Assembly: GCA_043788295.1 (NCBI GenBank)
Contig: JAYVUC010000120.1
Coordinates: 168-64,167, forward strand
DNA: 64,000 bases
From: Phycisphaerales bacterium
GTDB lineage: Bacteria; Planctomycetota; Phycisphaerae; Phycisphaerales; UBA1924
Reading direction: 5' to 3'
Position 1 is the stretch's first letter. The number at the start of each line of letters is the position of its first letter. Position numbers and translations under genes: made by a program. The notes beneath the pieces are model-generated. The model saw nothing but the letters and a program-made list of their open reading frames with translations. It ran no database searches and was not told the origin of the DNA. Shown one piece after another: positions 9,167 through 18,700 of the stretch.

Positions 9167-10405
9167 TCAATCCTCCCCAAACTCGAACGACTGATTGAAG
9201 ATCGGCTCGGGCCTGCGGAGTGCGATGTTGACGATGAGGCCCGTCATGAGCCACGCCGAGAGCATGCTCGAGCCACCGTAGCTGACGAACGGGAGCGTGA
9301 CGCCGACGATGGGAGCGAGGCCCACATTCATGGCGATGTTGACCATCGCCTGGAAGCCCACAAACGCCGCGAGCCCGACGGCGATCAGGCGGCCGAAGGG
9401 ATCGTTGGTCGAGCCAGCGACCAGCAGCGCCCCCACAACCCACATGAGCATCAGCCCCAGCGTCGCGGCGATGCCCCAGAACCCAAAGCGATTGCCGATG
9501 ACGGCGGTGATCATGTCGTTGTGGCGTTCGGGCAGGGCGTTGAAGTGCAGAAGTGCCTTGGAATGCTCGGGTGAAACGCCCGAAATGCCGCCCGCGCCGA
9601 TCATGGTCTGCGCGGTCAGGCTCTGAAAGTTGATGTCCTTGTCGGCCGAGGAATCGCCCTGGTACTGCTTCCAGAGGCCAACGAGCCGCTGCTTTTGGTG
9701 GGGCCTGAGAAACTGGAAACAAAGCGGCGCAGCGAGCGCGGCGACAAAAACGATGATCGTGAGGTGGCGCAGCCTCGCGCCGGCCGCGACGAGCATGGCG
9801 AAAAGACTCGGGATGAAAAGCAGCGCACCGCCCAGATCGGGCTGGAGCGTGATGAGCCCGACGGGGATCATCGTCACGAGACCAATCGGCACAAGCCCCC
9901 AGAATCTGCGATGTGTCGTGCGATAGCGGAGATACCACGCGACGGCGAGCACGTAGACGACCTTGGCGAGCTCGGCGGGCTGAAGATCGGCAAAGCCGAA
10001 GTTGATCCAACCGCGCGCCCCGTTGTGCGGCTTGACGATCCACGTCGGCACGAAGGGGATGAGCATGAACACGAGCACCGCGACGGTGAGGCCACCCAGG
10101 ATCATGGTGAAATGCCCGAAGCTGCGATAGCTGGGGATGGCGATGATAATCGCCGCGAGAATGCCCGTGACCGCGTAGACCGCCTGGCGCACGACAACGC
10201 CCCCGCCGCCCATGCCCGCGCGCGCGTTGCCTGCGACCGCCTCCGCCGGAACGATCACGTCGGAAATATGGATGCAGTACATGCCCAGGAGCGTCAACGC
10301 GACCGATGCGATGACCACCAGCCAGCCCGGATTCTTCGGGCTCAGTGCGGCGAGCACGAGGCCAAGACCATTCCCGCGACCGCCGAATGCGCTGGCACGG
10401 GCCAT
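9167..10405 (-). CDS. rodA: Peptidoglycan glycosyltransferase RodA (FtsW/RodA/SpoVE family)
   Basis: 412 aa polytopic membrane protein. FVSYGGSSMLSAWL motif. Immediately downstream of PBP2. Confidence 0.9.
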   Translation of the reverse strand: MARASAFGGRGNGLGLVLAALSPKNPGWLVVIASVALTLLGMYCIHISDVIVPAEAVAGNARAGMGGGGVVVRQAVYAVTGILAAIIIAIPSYRSFGHFTMILGGLTVAVLVFMLIPFVPTWIVKPHNGARGWINFGFADLQPAELAKVVYVLAVAWYLRYRTTHRRFWGLVPIGLVTMIPVGLITLQPDLGGALLFIPSLFAMLVAAGARLRHLTIIVFVAALAAPLCFQFLRPHQKQRLVGLWKQYQGDSSADKDINFQSLTAQTMIGAGGISGVSPEHSKALLHFNALPERHNDMITAVIGNRFGFWGIAATLGLMLMWVVGALLVAGSTNDPFGRLIAVGLAAFVGFQAMVNIAMNVGLAPIVGVTLPFVSYGGSSMLSAWLMTGLIVNIALRRPEPIFNQSFEFGED

Positions 10406-12826
10406 TCAGAGATACCCCTCGTCGATCAGCGCGTGAACGATCTGATTGCAGATGGCTCCCGAGACCTTGCCCCCGCTTCCCGCGTATTCCATCATCACCG
10501 CGACGGCGAATCTGGGGCGGCGATCTTCGGCCTTGCCCACCATGAACACGTACCACGAGTGGTCGCCCTCGACGCGCTCACGCGGCGCGGGCCCGTCGGG
10601 TCCATCGCTGTCTATGAACTCAAGCCCTGCGGCTGTTCCTGTCTTGCCCCATATCCAAATTTTCGTCGGGTCTGTGTCGAAGGTCACCTCGCGGGCGCCA
10701 TTGACGACGATGTGGTGCCCCGTGCCCTGCTCGTCGTTGATGCTCCGCCCAAGGCCCGTGAGTGCCTCGATGATGACCGCAGGATCGAGGTTGAGCGGGA
10801 TCGGATCAGTGCGCGGCGCATCCCTGAGCACACGCGGGTTCATCCAAACGCCCATGCGAGCGATCGTCGCGTACGCGTTGGCCGCGTGCAGGGGCGTCCA
10901 CTCCACTGGCCCTTGCCCGATCGCCATCATGATGCCGTCCTGCGGGGTCATCTTCGCCTGCGATTGTGGGCGCCCCGCGATGCCCGCGTATTCGGTCCCG
11001 ACACCCAGATCCCATCGCTTGCCGACCCCAAAGTCGTGAAAGGCGTCGGCCACGCCCTGATACCCCATCCGCTGGCCCAATGTGTAGAAGAAAATGTTGC
11101 ACGAGACGCAGATCGCGTCCTCGGCGTGCAACGGGTGCCCGATCTGCTCGGTGTGGTTGGGAATCGGGCTCTCGCCGATCTGCCACTTCTTGTAGAGCCA
11201 ACACCGGAACGCGTTGGGCTGATTGGGGAACAGATGCCCAGTGCAGTCGATCGACTCGCCAGGCGTGTAGAAGCCGCGTTTGGCAGCCCCCACAAGCATC
11301 AGCGGCTTGGCAATCGAGCCCGGCGGATAAGGCTTGGCGATCGCCCGGTTGAGCGCGGGCCACGGACCAGCCGGGTCGAAGACCTTCGTGCCCTCGGCCA
11401 GAATCTCGCCGCGGCTGAACGTGGGCGTCGAGACCATCGCCAGCACCTCGCCCGAATCGACATCCAGCACCACCGCAGCACCCGCGAGCGGCGTGCCGAC
11501 GGGACGGAACGCGGGGTTGGGGATTCGCTGCCCGTGGCCGTCGGCAATGGATTCGGGCGATTTGTTCCAGGGCTGAACGACCGCCAGGCCGATTTCGGGC
11601 GTCATGGCGGCCTGAATCCGGGCCTGAAGCACCACGTCGATGGTCAGTTGAACATCGCGGCCCCGCATCGCCTCGACCGTGCGCGACGTGCCGGTCTCAA
11701 GATGCACGATGCGCTGACCTCGCAGCCCGCGAAGATCGGACTCCATCGACGCTTCCACGCCGCTCGAGCCCACGCGTTCCGCAAGGGCGGGATCGTAAAA
11801 GCCACGATCCGCGTCGTCCTCGCTCAGCACGCGCTCGCGGAACACGCGGTCGAGCTCGATGCGCGTTGCTCGCCGCCGGATATCCTCATCCTGCGCGTGG
11901 TCGCGGAGCCAGCCGATGAGATGGATCGCAACGCCTTCGAGCTCGACCGACGCCGATTTGCCCTCTGCTCGCAAGGGGCCTGGAAGGTGCGAGCGATCGA
12001 CCTGCACCCTCATCGTTTCCATCGGGTACACGCGATCGCCCGACGCGACCACTCGCAGGCCCGGGATCAGCTCAAGCCGCTCGACAACCGGCTCCTTGCG
12101 ATCGTTCTCGCCCACGATGACATCGACCTTGGTGCCTTCGAGGTGGTCGAGCTCGACCGCCACCGCGTCGTTCACCCGGGCGGTGAGCGTGTGGGCGACG
12201 CCCTGTTCCCAGATCGGTTCGCCGATGCGACGCTCGATCGCACGCAGTGCCGTCTCATTGAGTTGATCTCCGCGGGCGGCCGCCTCGTCCATCTCGCGGG
12301 CGCGCCGTTGCTTCACCACCGCGTCGTAGTGCTTGGAAACAAGCTCGATCACCTCGCGCCGTCGACCTTCAAAGTCGGCGGGCGAGGTCGAGACAACGCG
12401 GGCGAGCCTCGTCCACGCCGCCTGCTGGTGGGCGTCGTACGCGACCTGAAACCTGGCGATCGTCACTTCCCGCTGCGCGAGCGTCATCTCGTCCCACTGG
12501 CCCCGGTACGCCTTTCGAGCAGCGACGCGTGCCTGCTCCCGGGGCCATTTCCCTTCAATCACGTCGAACAGGATCGCGAGGTCGAAACTCGGCCTGTCTT
12601 CGGCGAGCACGCGATCCTTGCGATCGAGGATTCTGCCGCGAACCGTGGGCGTCCAGTGCCTTGCGATGAGCCGCGATTCGGCACGTCCCAGCAGCTCGTC
12701 ATGTCTCAGCACGCCCAGCCGAAACGCCTGCCAACCGATCGCACCCATGCCCGCGGACGCAACGCCAGCCAGCAGGAGCAGCCTGCGGTGGAACATGCTG
12801 GGGAACATCCTGCGGAACAAGGGCAT
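10406..12826 (-). CDS. mrdA: Penicillin-binding protein 2 (elongation transpeptidase)
   Basis: 806 aa. SxxK (GSIAKP), SxN (VSCNIFFY), KTG (WGKTGTA). Contiguous with rodA. Confidence 0.9.
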   Translation of the reverse strand: MPLFRRMFPSMFHRRLLLLAGVASAGMGAIGWQAFRLGVLRHDELLGRAESRLIARHWTPTVRGRILDRKDRVLAEDRPSFDLAILFDVIEGKWPREQARVAARKAYRGQWDEMTLAQREVTIARFQVAYDAHQQAAWTRLARVVSTSPADFEGRRREVIELVSKHYDAVVKQRRAREMDEAAARGDQLNETALRAIERRIGEPIWEQGVAHTLTARVNDAVAVELDHLEGTKVDVIVGENDRKEPVVERLELIPGLRVVASGDRVYPMETMRVQVDRSHLPGPLRAEGKSASVELEGVAIHLIGWLRDHAQDEDIRRRATRIELDRVFRERVLSEDDADRGFYDPALAERVGSSGVEASMESDLRGLRGQRIVHLETGTSRTVEAMRGRDVQLTIDVVLQARIQAAMTPEIGLAVVQPWNKSPESIADGHGQRIPNPAFRPVGTPLAGAAVVLDVDSGEVLAMVSTPTFSRGEILAEGTKVFDPAGPWPALNRAIAKPYPPGSIAKPLMLVGAAKRGFYTPGESIDCTGHLFPNQPNAFRCWLYKKWQIGESPIPNHTEQIGHPLHAEDAICVSCNIFFYTLGQRMGYQGVADAFHDFGVGKRWDLGVGTEYAGIAGRPQSQAKMTPQDGIMMAIGQGPVEWTPLHAANAYATIARMGVWMNPRVLRDAPRTDPIPLNLDPAVIIEALTGLGRSINDEQGTGHHIVVNGAREVTFDTDPTKIWIWGKTGTAAGLEFIDSDGPDGPAPRERVEGDHSWYVFMVGKAEDRRPRFAVAVMMEYAGSGGKVSGAICNQIVHALIDEGYL

Positions 12827-12857
12827 GCGTTTCTCGGGCGAATGGAACCGGTCGGGC

Positions 12858-14024
12858 TCAAACGCCCATCAGAATCTCTATCGTCCGCTGATCGAGCTTC
12901 TCATAAGGCAGCGGTCTTGCGGCAAGGCTCGCCCGATCAAAGTTCATCGCCAAGAGTGTTTCGGCCCGGCTCCGCTTGTACTCCGTGGTCAGCGCGTCCA
13001 CGTCCTTGCCCGATCGGTGGATCTGCTTCAGGATCGACTTCACCGTTGCATCGGCGTTCCACTGATCCGCCTTGTCGCGGAGAATGAGATACGTCCGCAT
13101 GCACCCCCGAGCAAACTCGATCACGTCCGCCCGGTCGGACGTGCGGTACGCGTGGGCGTCGAAATGCTTGAAACCCGCGTACTTTGCGTCTTCCAGGAGC
13201 TTCACGAGAAAGAACGCGTGCTTGAGGTTCGCCGAGCCAAAGCGGAAGTCCTGGTCGTAGCGCCCGAACTCCTGGTCGTTCAGGTCGATGTGGAAAAGCT
13301 TGCCGGCACTCAGCGCCTGGGCGATGGCGTGCGTGAAGTTCAGCCCCGCCATGTGCTCGTGGGCGACCTCGGGATTCACCCCCACCATGTCCGGATGCTT
13401 CAGGGTGTTGATGAACGCCAGGTAGTGCCCCGTGGTGGGGAAAAACATGTGCCCACGCGGCTCGTTGGGCTTGGCCTCCATCGCAAACTTGTACTCAAAG
13501 CCCCTGTCCCGCGAGTATTCGCACAGGAAGTTCATGGCGGATCGGAATCGCTCCTCGGCCTGCCCCGGATCCTTGGTCGCGTCGCTCTCGCACCCCTCGC
13601 GCCCGCCCCAGAAGACGTAGATATGAGCCCCGAACTCCGCCCCAAGCTCCATCGCCCGCATTGTCTTCTGGATCGCGTACGCCCGAATCTCCGCGTCGTT
13701 GCTGGTGAACGCCCCGTCCTTGAACACCTTGTCGCCAAAGAGGTTTGTCGTCGCCATCGCAACCTTGATCTTGGCTTTCTTGAGAGCCTTGGCGAAGTCG
13801 CCCTTGATCTGCTCGCTCTCGGCGGGTGTTGCGTCGATGGGAACCAGGTCGTTGTCATGGAAATTGACGCCGTGAACCCCCCCAACCTCGCCCAGCAACT
13901 CAACGATTTCCGCAGGGGACATCGGAGCCCTGGTGGGCTCCCCAAAGGGGTCACGGCCCGTGTTTCCGACGGTCCAGAGGCCGAATGTGAACTTGTCCTT
14001 GGCGGTGGGTGTGAAATCGGGCAT
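12858..14024 (-). CDS. xylA: Xylose isomerase (class I, short type)
   Basis: ORF 12858..14090 trimmed to the ATG at 14024 (MPDFTPTAKDKFTFGLWTVG...), giving 388 aa. Motifs FTFGLWTVG and FAMEAKPNEPRGH. Confidence 0.9.
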   Translation of the reverse strand: MPDFTPTAKDKFTFGLWTVGNTGRDPFGEPTRAPMSPAEIVELLGEVGGVHGVNFHDNDLVPIDATPAESEQIKGDFAKALKKAKIKVAMATTNLFGDKVFKDGAFTSNDAEIRAYAIQKTMRAMELGAEFGAHIYVFWGGREGCESDATKDPGQAEERFRSAMNFLCEYSRDRGFEYKFAMEAKPNEPRGHMFFPTTGHYLAFINTLKHPDMVGVNPEVAHEHMAGLNFTHAIAQALSAGKLFHIDLNDQEFGRYDQDFRFGSANLKHAFFLVKLLEDAKYAGFKHFDAHAYRTSDRADVIEFARGCMRTYLILRDKADQWNADATVKSILKQIHRSGKDVDALTTEYKRSRAETLLAMNFDRASLAARPLPYEKLDQRTIEILMGV

Positions 14025-14119
14025 GTTGGGTTTGTGTCCGGTCTGGGGCTTGCTTGGAATTGCGGCGTGGACGACAGGGAACCCTTGCATCGGGCGACGG
14101 GTTCTAGTAGGCTACGCCG

Positions 14120-15904
14120 ATGAAGACTCTACCGCAGGTCCGGTCATGGCGTTTGTGGTCGTCGGTCGCGATGGGCGTGATCGCCGGGATGGGAGCCAGC
14201 CAGGCCCGAGCCCAATCGGACAACTGTGCGAATGCACAACCGCTGCCGATGGGTTCGGTGGCAGTCAGCACGACCGGGTTCACCCTGGACGGCGCGAGTG
14301 CCTGCAACGCCCTCTCACCCGATGGCTGGTACTCGGTGACCAGCCCAACCGACGCGGTGCTCGTGGTCGAGGCCTGCCAGAGGATTGCTTCACCCACACT
14401 TTCCCTGCACACCGGCTGTCCGGGCACGGTCGCCAATATGCTCATTTGCAGCTACAAGGATTCGTACGCGTGCAACGGCATGTCAAGGATTGAAATGTCG
14501 GTGGCGGCAGGGCACACGTACTACCTTCGGATCGCCGGCGGCGGGAACATCGTTCTCAAGACATTTTTGACGGCTCCCTGGATCGTGGGCGGCCAAGGGC
14601 CCGACGTGATCTCGGGAGACATTCCCGAGATGGCCCGGTACCAAAATGCAAACGGCTTTGCCGCCATGGCGCTCGGGTCTGCCGCGTGCAACCCCGGAAC
14701 GGCCAACGTCGTCTGGACCAACCAGAACAACAGCAACCAGCACCCCGTGATCTCCACGAGCATGTACCGCCTCAAGGACGGGATCATGGAGCAGATGGGC
14801 TACGCGTGGATGAAGCACGGCTGGGCGTCGGGAACCGAAACCTGGTGCGACTACTGCCCCGACGGCGGGGTGCATCCGTATCTGATCCCGGGCTGCACCG
14901 ACAGCTACGACGTGCCACAGAACGGCACGCAGAGCATCCTTGGCCCGAGGTCTGAGATCAATCCGACGACGGGCTTCTTCCCATATCCGCCGTCAAACCC
15001 GGCAAACATCGTGGACACAACGACACGGCGCATCCGCGTCCCGCAGGCGTCGATCGACCCGGCACTGAATCCCGGCGCGAAATACTTCGCAGAGCTGCAC
15101 TATGTTGCCGCCGACGACGCCGCCGCCGGCAACGCGATGAACAACGCCTCGTACCGCAAGATCTCGTTTGCGTCGGCCTCCGCCGCCCCTGCCTTCGCCG
15201 GTGAGACGCAGCGCACCAGGCCCGCGATCCTCGCCTGGGCCGACAACGACCCCACCGTCACCGCCGTCGCCGTCGACACGACCGAGGGCGGCTACAACAC
15301 GCGGTATTGGGTGGCGAGCAAGGCATGGGAGACAAGTCCCGGACATTGGCGGTACGCCTACGGCATCTTCAACCTCAACTCCAACCGGGCGGCCGCGGGG
15401 CTCGTGCTTCCCAAGTTCAACGGCGTGCAGCTCACGGGCCCGTCCTGGCTCACGCCCCCCGCCCATCCGGGCGAGGTGTATTCGACGACTCCCTGGGCTG
15501 TCACGAACAGCGCGCACACCTTCGGTTGGGAGTGCACGCAGACATTTGCGCAGAATCCAAATGCCAACGCCCTGCACTGGGGCATCATGTACACGATGGT
15601 GATCAACTCCACCTCACCGCCCACACAGGGGCTCGCCAAGCTCAAGCTCTTCGCGCCGCCCACCTTCGGCGACCCCAGCGAGCCCGCCGAACTCTCGGTG
15701 TTGCTCCCCGTCCCGTCGGGGGCCCGCTGCCCCGCTGATTTCAACGCCGACGGAGCGGTCGACTTCTTCGACTACGACGAGTTCATCGAGTGCTTCACGG
15801 GACTCTCTTGCCCGCCAGGCGCGACACCGGACTTCAACCATGACACTGCGGTGGACTTCTTCGACTACGACGACTTTGTGGTCGCGTTTGAGACGCCCTG
15901 CTGA
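14120..15904 (+). CDS. Secreted protein with N-terminal Cys-rich module and C-terminal double EF-hand/dockerin-like Cys module
   Basis: Signal peptide (AGMGASQARAQ). N-terminal SDNCANAQPL...YYLRIAGGG module. Ends CPADFNADGAVDFFDYDEFIECF...DFNHDTAVDFFDYDDFVVAFETPC-stop. Confidence 0.75.
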   Translation: MKTLPQVRSWRLWSSVAMGVIAGMGASQARAQSDNCANAQPLPMGSVAVSTTGFTLDGASACNALSPDGWYSVTSPTDAVLVVEACQRIASPTLSLHTGCPGTVANMLICSYKDSYACNGMSRIEMSVAAGHTYYLRIAGGGNIVLKTFLTAPWIVGGQGPDVISGDIPEMARYQNANGFAAMALGSAACNPGTANVVWTNQNNSNQHPVISTSMYRLKDGIMEQMGYAWMKHGWASGTETWCDYCPDGGVHPYLIPGCTDSYDVPQNGTQSILGPRSEINPTTGFFPYPPSNPANIVDTTTRRIRVPQASIDPALNPGAKYFAELHYVAADDAAAGNAMNNASYRKISFASASAAPAFAGETQRTRPAILAWADNDPTVTAVAVDTTEGGYNTRYWVASKAWETSPGHWRYAYGIFNLNSNRAAAGLVLPKFNGVQLTGPSWLTPPAHPGEVYSTTPWAVTNSAHTFGWECTQTFAQNPNANALHWGIMYTMVINSTSPPTQGLAKLKLFAPPTFGDPSEPAELSVLLPVPSGARCPADFNADGAVDFFDYDEFIECFTGLSCPPGATPDFNHDTAVDFFDYDDFVVAFETPC

Positions 15905-16063
15905 GTTGGCTCCCGTAGCCTTGCCCGCACATTCGATGTCTGTGACGCCCACGACGACTGTAACGCCGATCGGTGGGTTGTTTTTGCTCGGGGTCGGTCG
16001 GCAGCCCCTTGGATCGGTGTGCGTGCGTCGATGATCTGAGGCCACCGGACCACACGTGCCGGG

Positions 16064-16984
16064 ATGGCAGAGGGGTTCCCCATGCCCGCACATCGTTCAA
16101 GAACCGACAAGTGGCGCGAGAGTCTGCACCAGATCTACGAGCGCAACGGCGGGATCGAGATATCACCCACGCGTGCCGCGGGCGGCGACGCCGATTCAGG
16201 AGCGGTCGATCTCGTCTGGCGTGTCCGCATCCTGGGGCTCAACCACAGCGAGATCTTTGTCGAGCAGCCCAGCGCCCTGAGCGAACGCATCCCCATCGCC
16301 GATGGCGCCATTCTCACCGTGGGACTCACCGTCGGGCAGAATCGCTGGATGTTCTCGACCAAAGTCGTCGGCCAGATGAAAGTGCCAACGCGGTTCGGGC
16401 CGCCCATCGCGGGGCTCGTGCTGGCGATGCCCGAGCACGTCGAACGCTGTGCCCGCCGAAACTTCATGCGCGTCTCGACCGCGAGCGTCAACCTGCCCGA
16501 GGTGGAATGCCACCTGCTGCTTGACACATCAACAGCGATCCGCGCCGAGCGTGAGAACCGCGAGGCGATCGAAGAGGCCGAGGCACGGCTCCTGACCACC
16601 CCGCACGGACAGACCGCCACGACCGCCGGGGTTGGCGTTGCCGCCAAGATCGGCCCGACACCCCTCCCGCTCGTAGGCCCCATGTTCCGCACGCGCCTCT
16701 TGAACGTGGGCGGAGGCGGTGCGGGCCTGCTTTGCAGCAAGGGCGAGACATCGAGCGTGGACAGCTCCCGCGCGTACTGGCTCCGCGTCAACCTCACGCC
16801 CGAGGTGCCTGTGCCCCTCGGCATGTGCGCCCGCATCGTCCACACCCACCTCGACAGCGAGCAGAACACCTACTGCGGCGTCGCGTTTGATTTCAGCCAC
16901 GCCCCCGAGCACCGCACGTTCATCGCGCAGCAAATCGCCGCCTTCACCCGCAGGGTGCAGGAAAGGGCGGCGAAAGCGGCGTGA
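16064..16984 (+). CDS. PilZ-domain (c-di-GMP-binding type) protein
   Basis: RxxxR (RCARRNFMRV) followed by NVGGGGAGLLC (D/NxSxxG-like). Start uncertain (16064 or ATG 16082). Confidence 0.65.
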   Translation: MAEGFPMPAHRSRTDKWRESLHQIYERNGGIEISPTRAAGGDADSGAVDLVWRVRILGLNHSEIFVEQPSALSERIPIADGAILTVGLTVGQNRWMFSTKVVGQMKVPTRFGPPIAGLVLAMPEHVERCARRNFMRVSTASVNLPEVECHLLLDTSTAIRAERENREAIEEAEARLLTTPHGQTATTAGVGVAAKIGPTPLPLVGPMFRTRLLNVGGGGAGLLCSKGETSSVDSSRAYWLRVNLTPEVPVPLGMCARIVHTHLDSEQNTYCGVAFDFSHAPEHRTFIAQQIAAFTRRVQERAAKAA

Positions 16985-17014
16985 GAGCGAAATTGTCCTG
17001 GACTACAGGGCTAC

Positions 17015-18631
17015 TCAGGCGTCGCGTCCGCCCATGAGCTTCTTCAACCAGGGCCCGGCGAGGATGATCACGAGTCCCGCCGAGCACGAGGTAATGACAA
17101 ACAGGAAGAAGTAGTCGGCTTGCGTGTTTGCGGTCGAGTTACCCGCGAGGTGCCAGGGGAGCGTCTTCTCGCCGTCGACGATCGGCTTGACCATCGCGGC
17201 CAGCTTGCCCGCGCCCAGGTTCGCAATGAAGCTCGAGATAAACCAGACCCCCATGAGCAGCGAGGTTGACTCTGTCGGCGCAGCCTTGGTCACGTACGAA
17301 AGCCCGGTCGGGCTCAGCACGATCTCGCCCATGGTGTGGACAAAATACGTGCCGACAACCAGCCAGAGGCTTGCTTTGACCGGGTCCTTGGCCTGAATCG
17401 CCGCGGCCACCATGAACAGATAGCCCAGCCCGACGAGCATCAGGCCGAACGCGATTTTGTAAGGCTGGGCCGGGTTTTTCTTCTTTCGTGACAACCAGGC
17501 CCACATGACTCCTGTGATCGGCGCAAAGGCAACGATCAGCCAGGGATTCACCGACTGGAACCACGTCGTGGGGATCACGAACGATCCCACCTGACGCTCG
17601 GTCAGGCGGTCGGTGAAAAGGTTGATCGAAGAGCCGGCCTGCTCGAACGAGAGCCAGAACACGGCATTGAAGAGCATGAAGATGAAAATTGATGCGACCG
17701 GTCCGCGATCCTCCGGCCTTTGCTTGATCGTGAACCAGCTCGCCCACAGAATCGCGGCTCCCGCGATGCTGTAATAGACCCGTGGATCCGAAACGAACTC
17801 ATCGACCTTTTTCAGATACCCCAGGTGGAAGGCGATCGCCACGAGCGCCGCGAGCACGATCCCCGTCGGAATCAGGACCGGAGCGTTGCGAGCCTTCTCC
17901 TCATCCTTGGGAAGCCCGATGCCAGCGAGAAGTTTCGGCCTCAGGAAGACATACAACGCCAGGCCCAGAATCATGCCTACAGCGGCCGTCGCGAAGCCCC
18001 AGTGCCACCCTACCCGCTCGCCGAGCGTTCCGACCGCCAGAACCTGCAAGGCCGAGCCAAGGTTGATACCCATGTAGAAGATGCCGAACGCACTCTCTCG
18101 ACGCGGGTCGCCATGCGCGTAGAGCTGCCCCACCATGACCGACACGGAGGGCTTGAAATGCCCCGTCCCGATCACGATCAACGCGAGCCCGAACACAAAG
18201 AGCGTCATCGCCCACTGGGTGTGCTCGATCGCCCCCAGCCCTGACAGGCCCAGCACGATGTGCCCCAGCGCAATCAGAAGACCTCCGACGATCATCGACC
18301 GATGCGTTCCGATCAGCTTGTCGGCGATCATCCCGCCGATGATGGGCGTGAGATACGCCAGCCCCGTGTACCACCCGTAGGCGTTGTTTGCGTCGGGATC
18401 GGTCCAGCCGGGGCCCGGATTGAACCCTTCGGGAGAACCGGCGAGCGGGTTTCGCATGCCGCCCGTCGGGCTGGTGAGGTAGAGCACCAGAATCCCGCGC
18501 ATCCCGTAGTAGCTGAATCGCTCCCACATCTCCACGAGGAAGAGCAGGAACAGCCCGGCCGGGTGCCCGAGCAGCGTGGCTCTGCTCTGGAGTGCGGAGG
18601 GGGGAGCGAACGACGAGGATGGAATCGCCAT
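17015..18631 (-). CDS. Proton-dependent oligopeptide transporter (POT/PTR2 family)
   Basis: POT signature EMWERFSYYGMRGILVLYL. Polytopic. Start set to ATG 18631 (MAIPSS...). Confidence 0.85.
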   Translation of the reverse strand: MAIPSSSFAPPSALQSRATLLGHPAGLFLLFLVEMWERFSYYGMRGILVLYLTSPTGGMRNPLAGSPEGFNPGPGWTDPDANNAYGWYTGLAYLTPIIGGMIADKLIGTHRSMIVGGLLIALGHIVLGLSGLGAIEHTQWAMTLFVFGLALIVIGTGHFKPSVSVMVGQLYAHGDPRRESAFGIFYMGINLGSALQVLAVGTLGERVGWHWGFATAAVGMILGLALYVFLRPKLLAGIGLPKDEEKARNAPVLIPTGIVLAALVAIAFHLGYLKKVDEFVSDPRVYYSIAGAAILWASWFTIKQRPEDRGPVASIFIFMLFNAVFWLSFEQAGSSINLFTDRLTERQVGSFVIPTTWFQSVNPWLIVAFAPITGVMWAWLSRKKKNPAQPYKIAFGLMLVGLGYLFMVAAAIQAKDPVKASLWLVVGTYFVHTMGEIVLSPTGLSYVTKAAPTESTSLLMGVWFISSFIANLGAGKLAAMVKPIVDGEKTLPWHLAGNSTANTQADYFFLFVITSCSAGLVIILAGPWLKKLMGGRDA

Positions 18632-18700
18632 GCGTGGGGTATCCTGAGAGGGCCGGAAACCTCCGGCCCAAGTCGGTAGCATACTGCCAAGTGCCGCGGC

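Noticed and set aside
9695-13087. A very long ORF (1130 aa, + strand), and similar long ORFs at 144..1646, 5701..7464, 12618..14123, 23390..24922, 31754..33262, 33169..34485, 44992..46545, 53113..55434, 55784..57637 and 58591..60642.
   Set aside because: They run antisense to, or out of frame with, genes carrying unambiguous catalytic motifs (PBP2/RodA, DinG, XylA, ABC-F, GT4, sugar dehydrogenase, AroA, RseP, MiaB). Their translations are Arg/Pro/Gly/His-rich low-complexity sequence. This is typical of shadow ORFs in GC-rich DNA.
16064-16984. Naming the PilZ protein YcgR (flagellar brake).
   Set aside because: Only the PilZ RxxxR / N-x-G-x-x-G motifs are recognisable. The N-domain identity and any flagellar context are not supported by this window.
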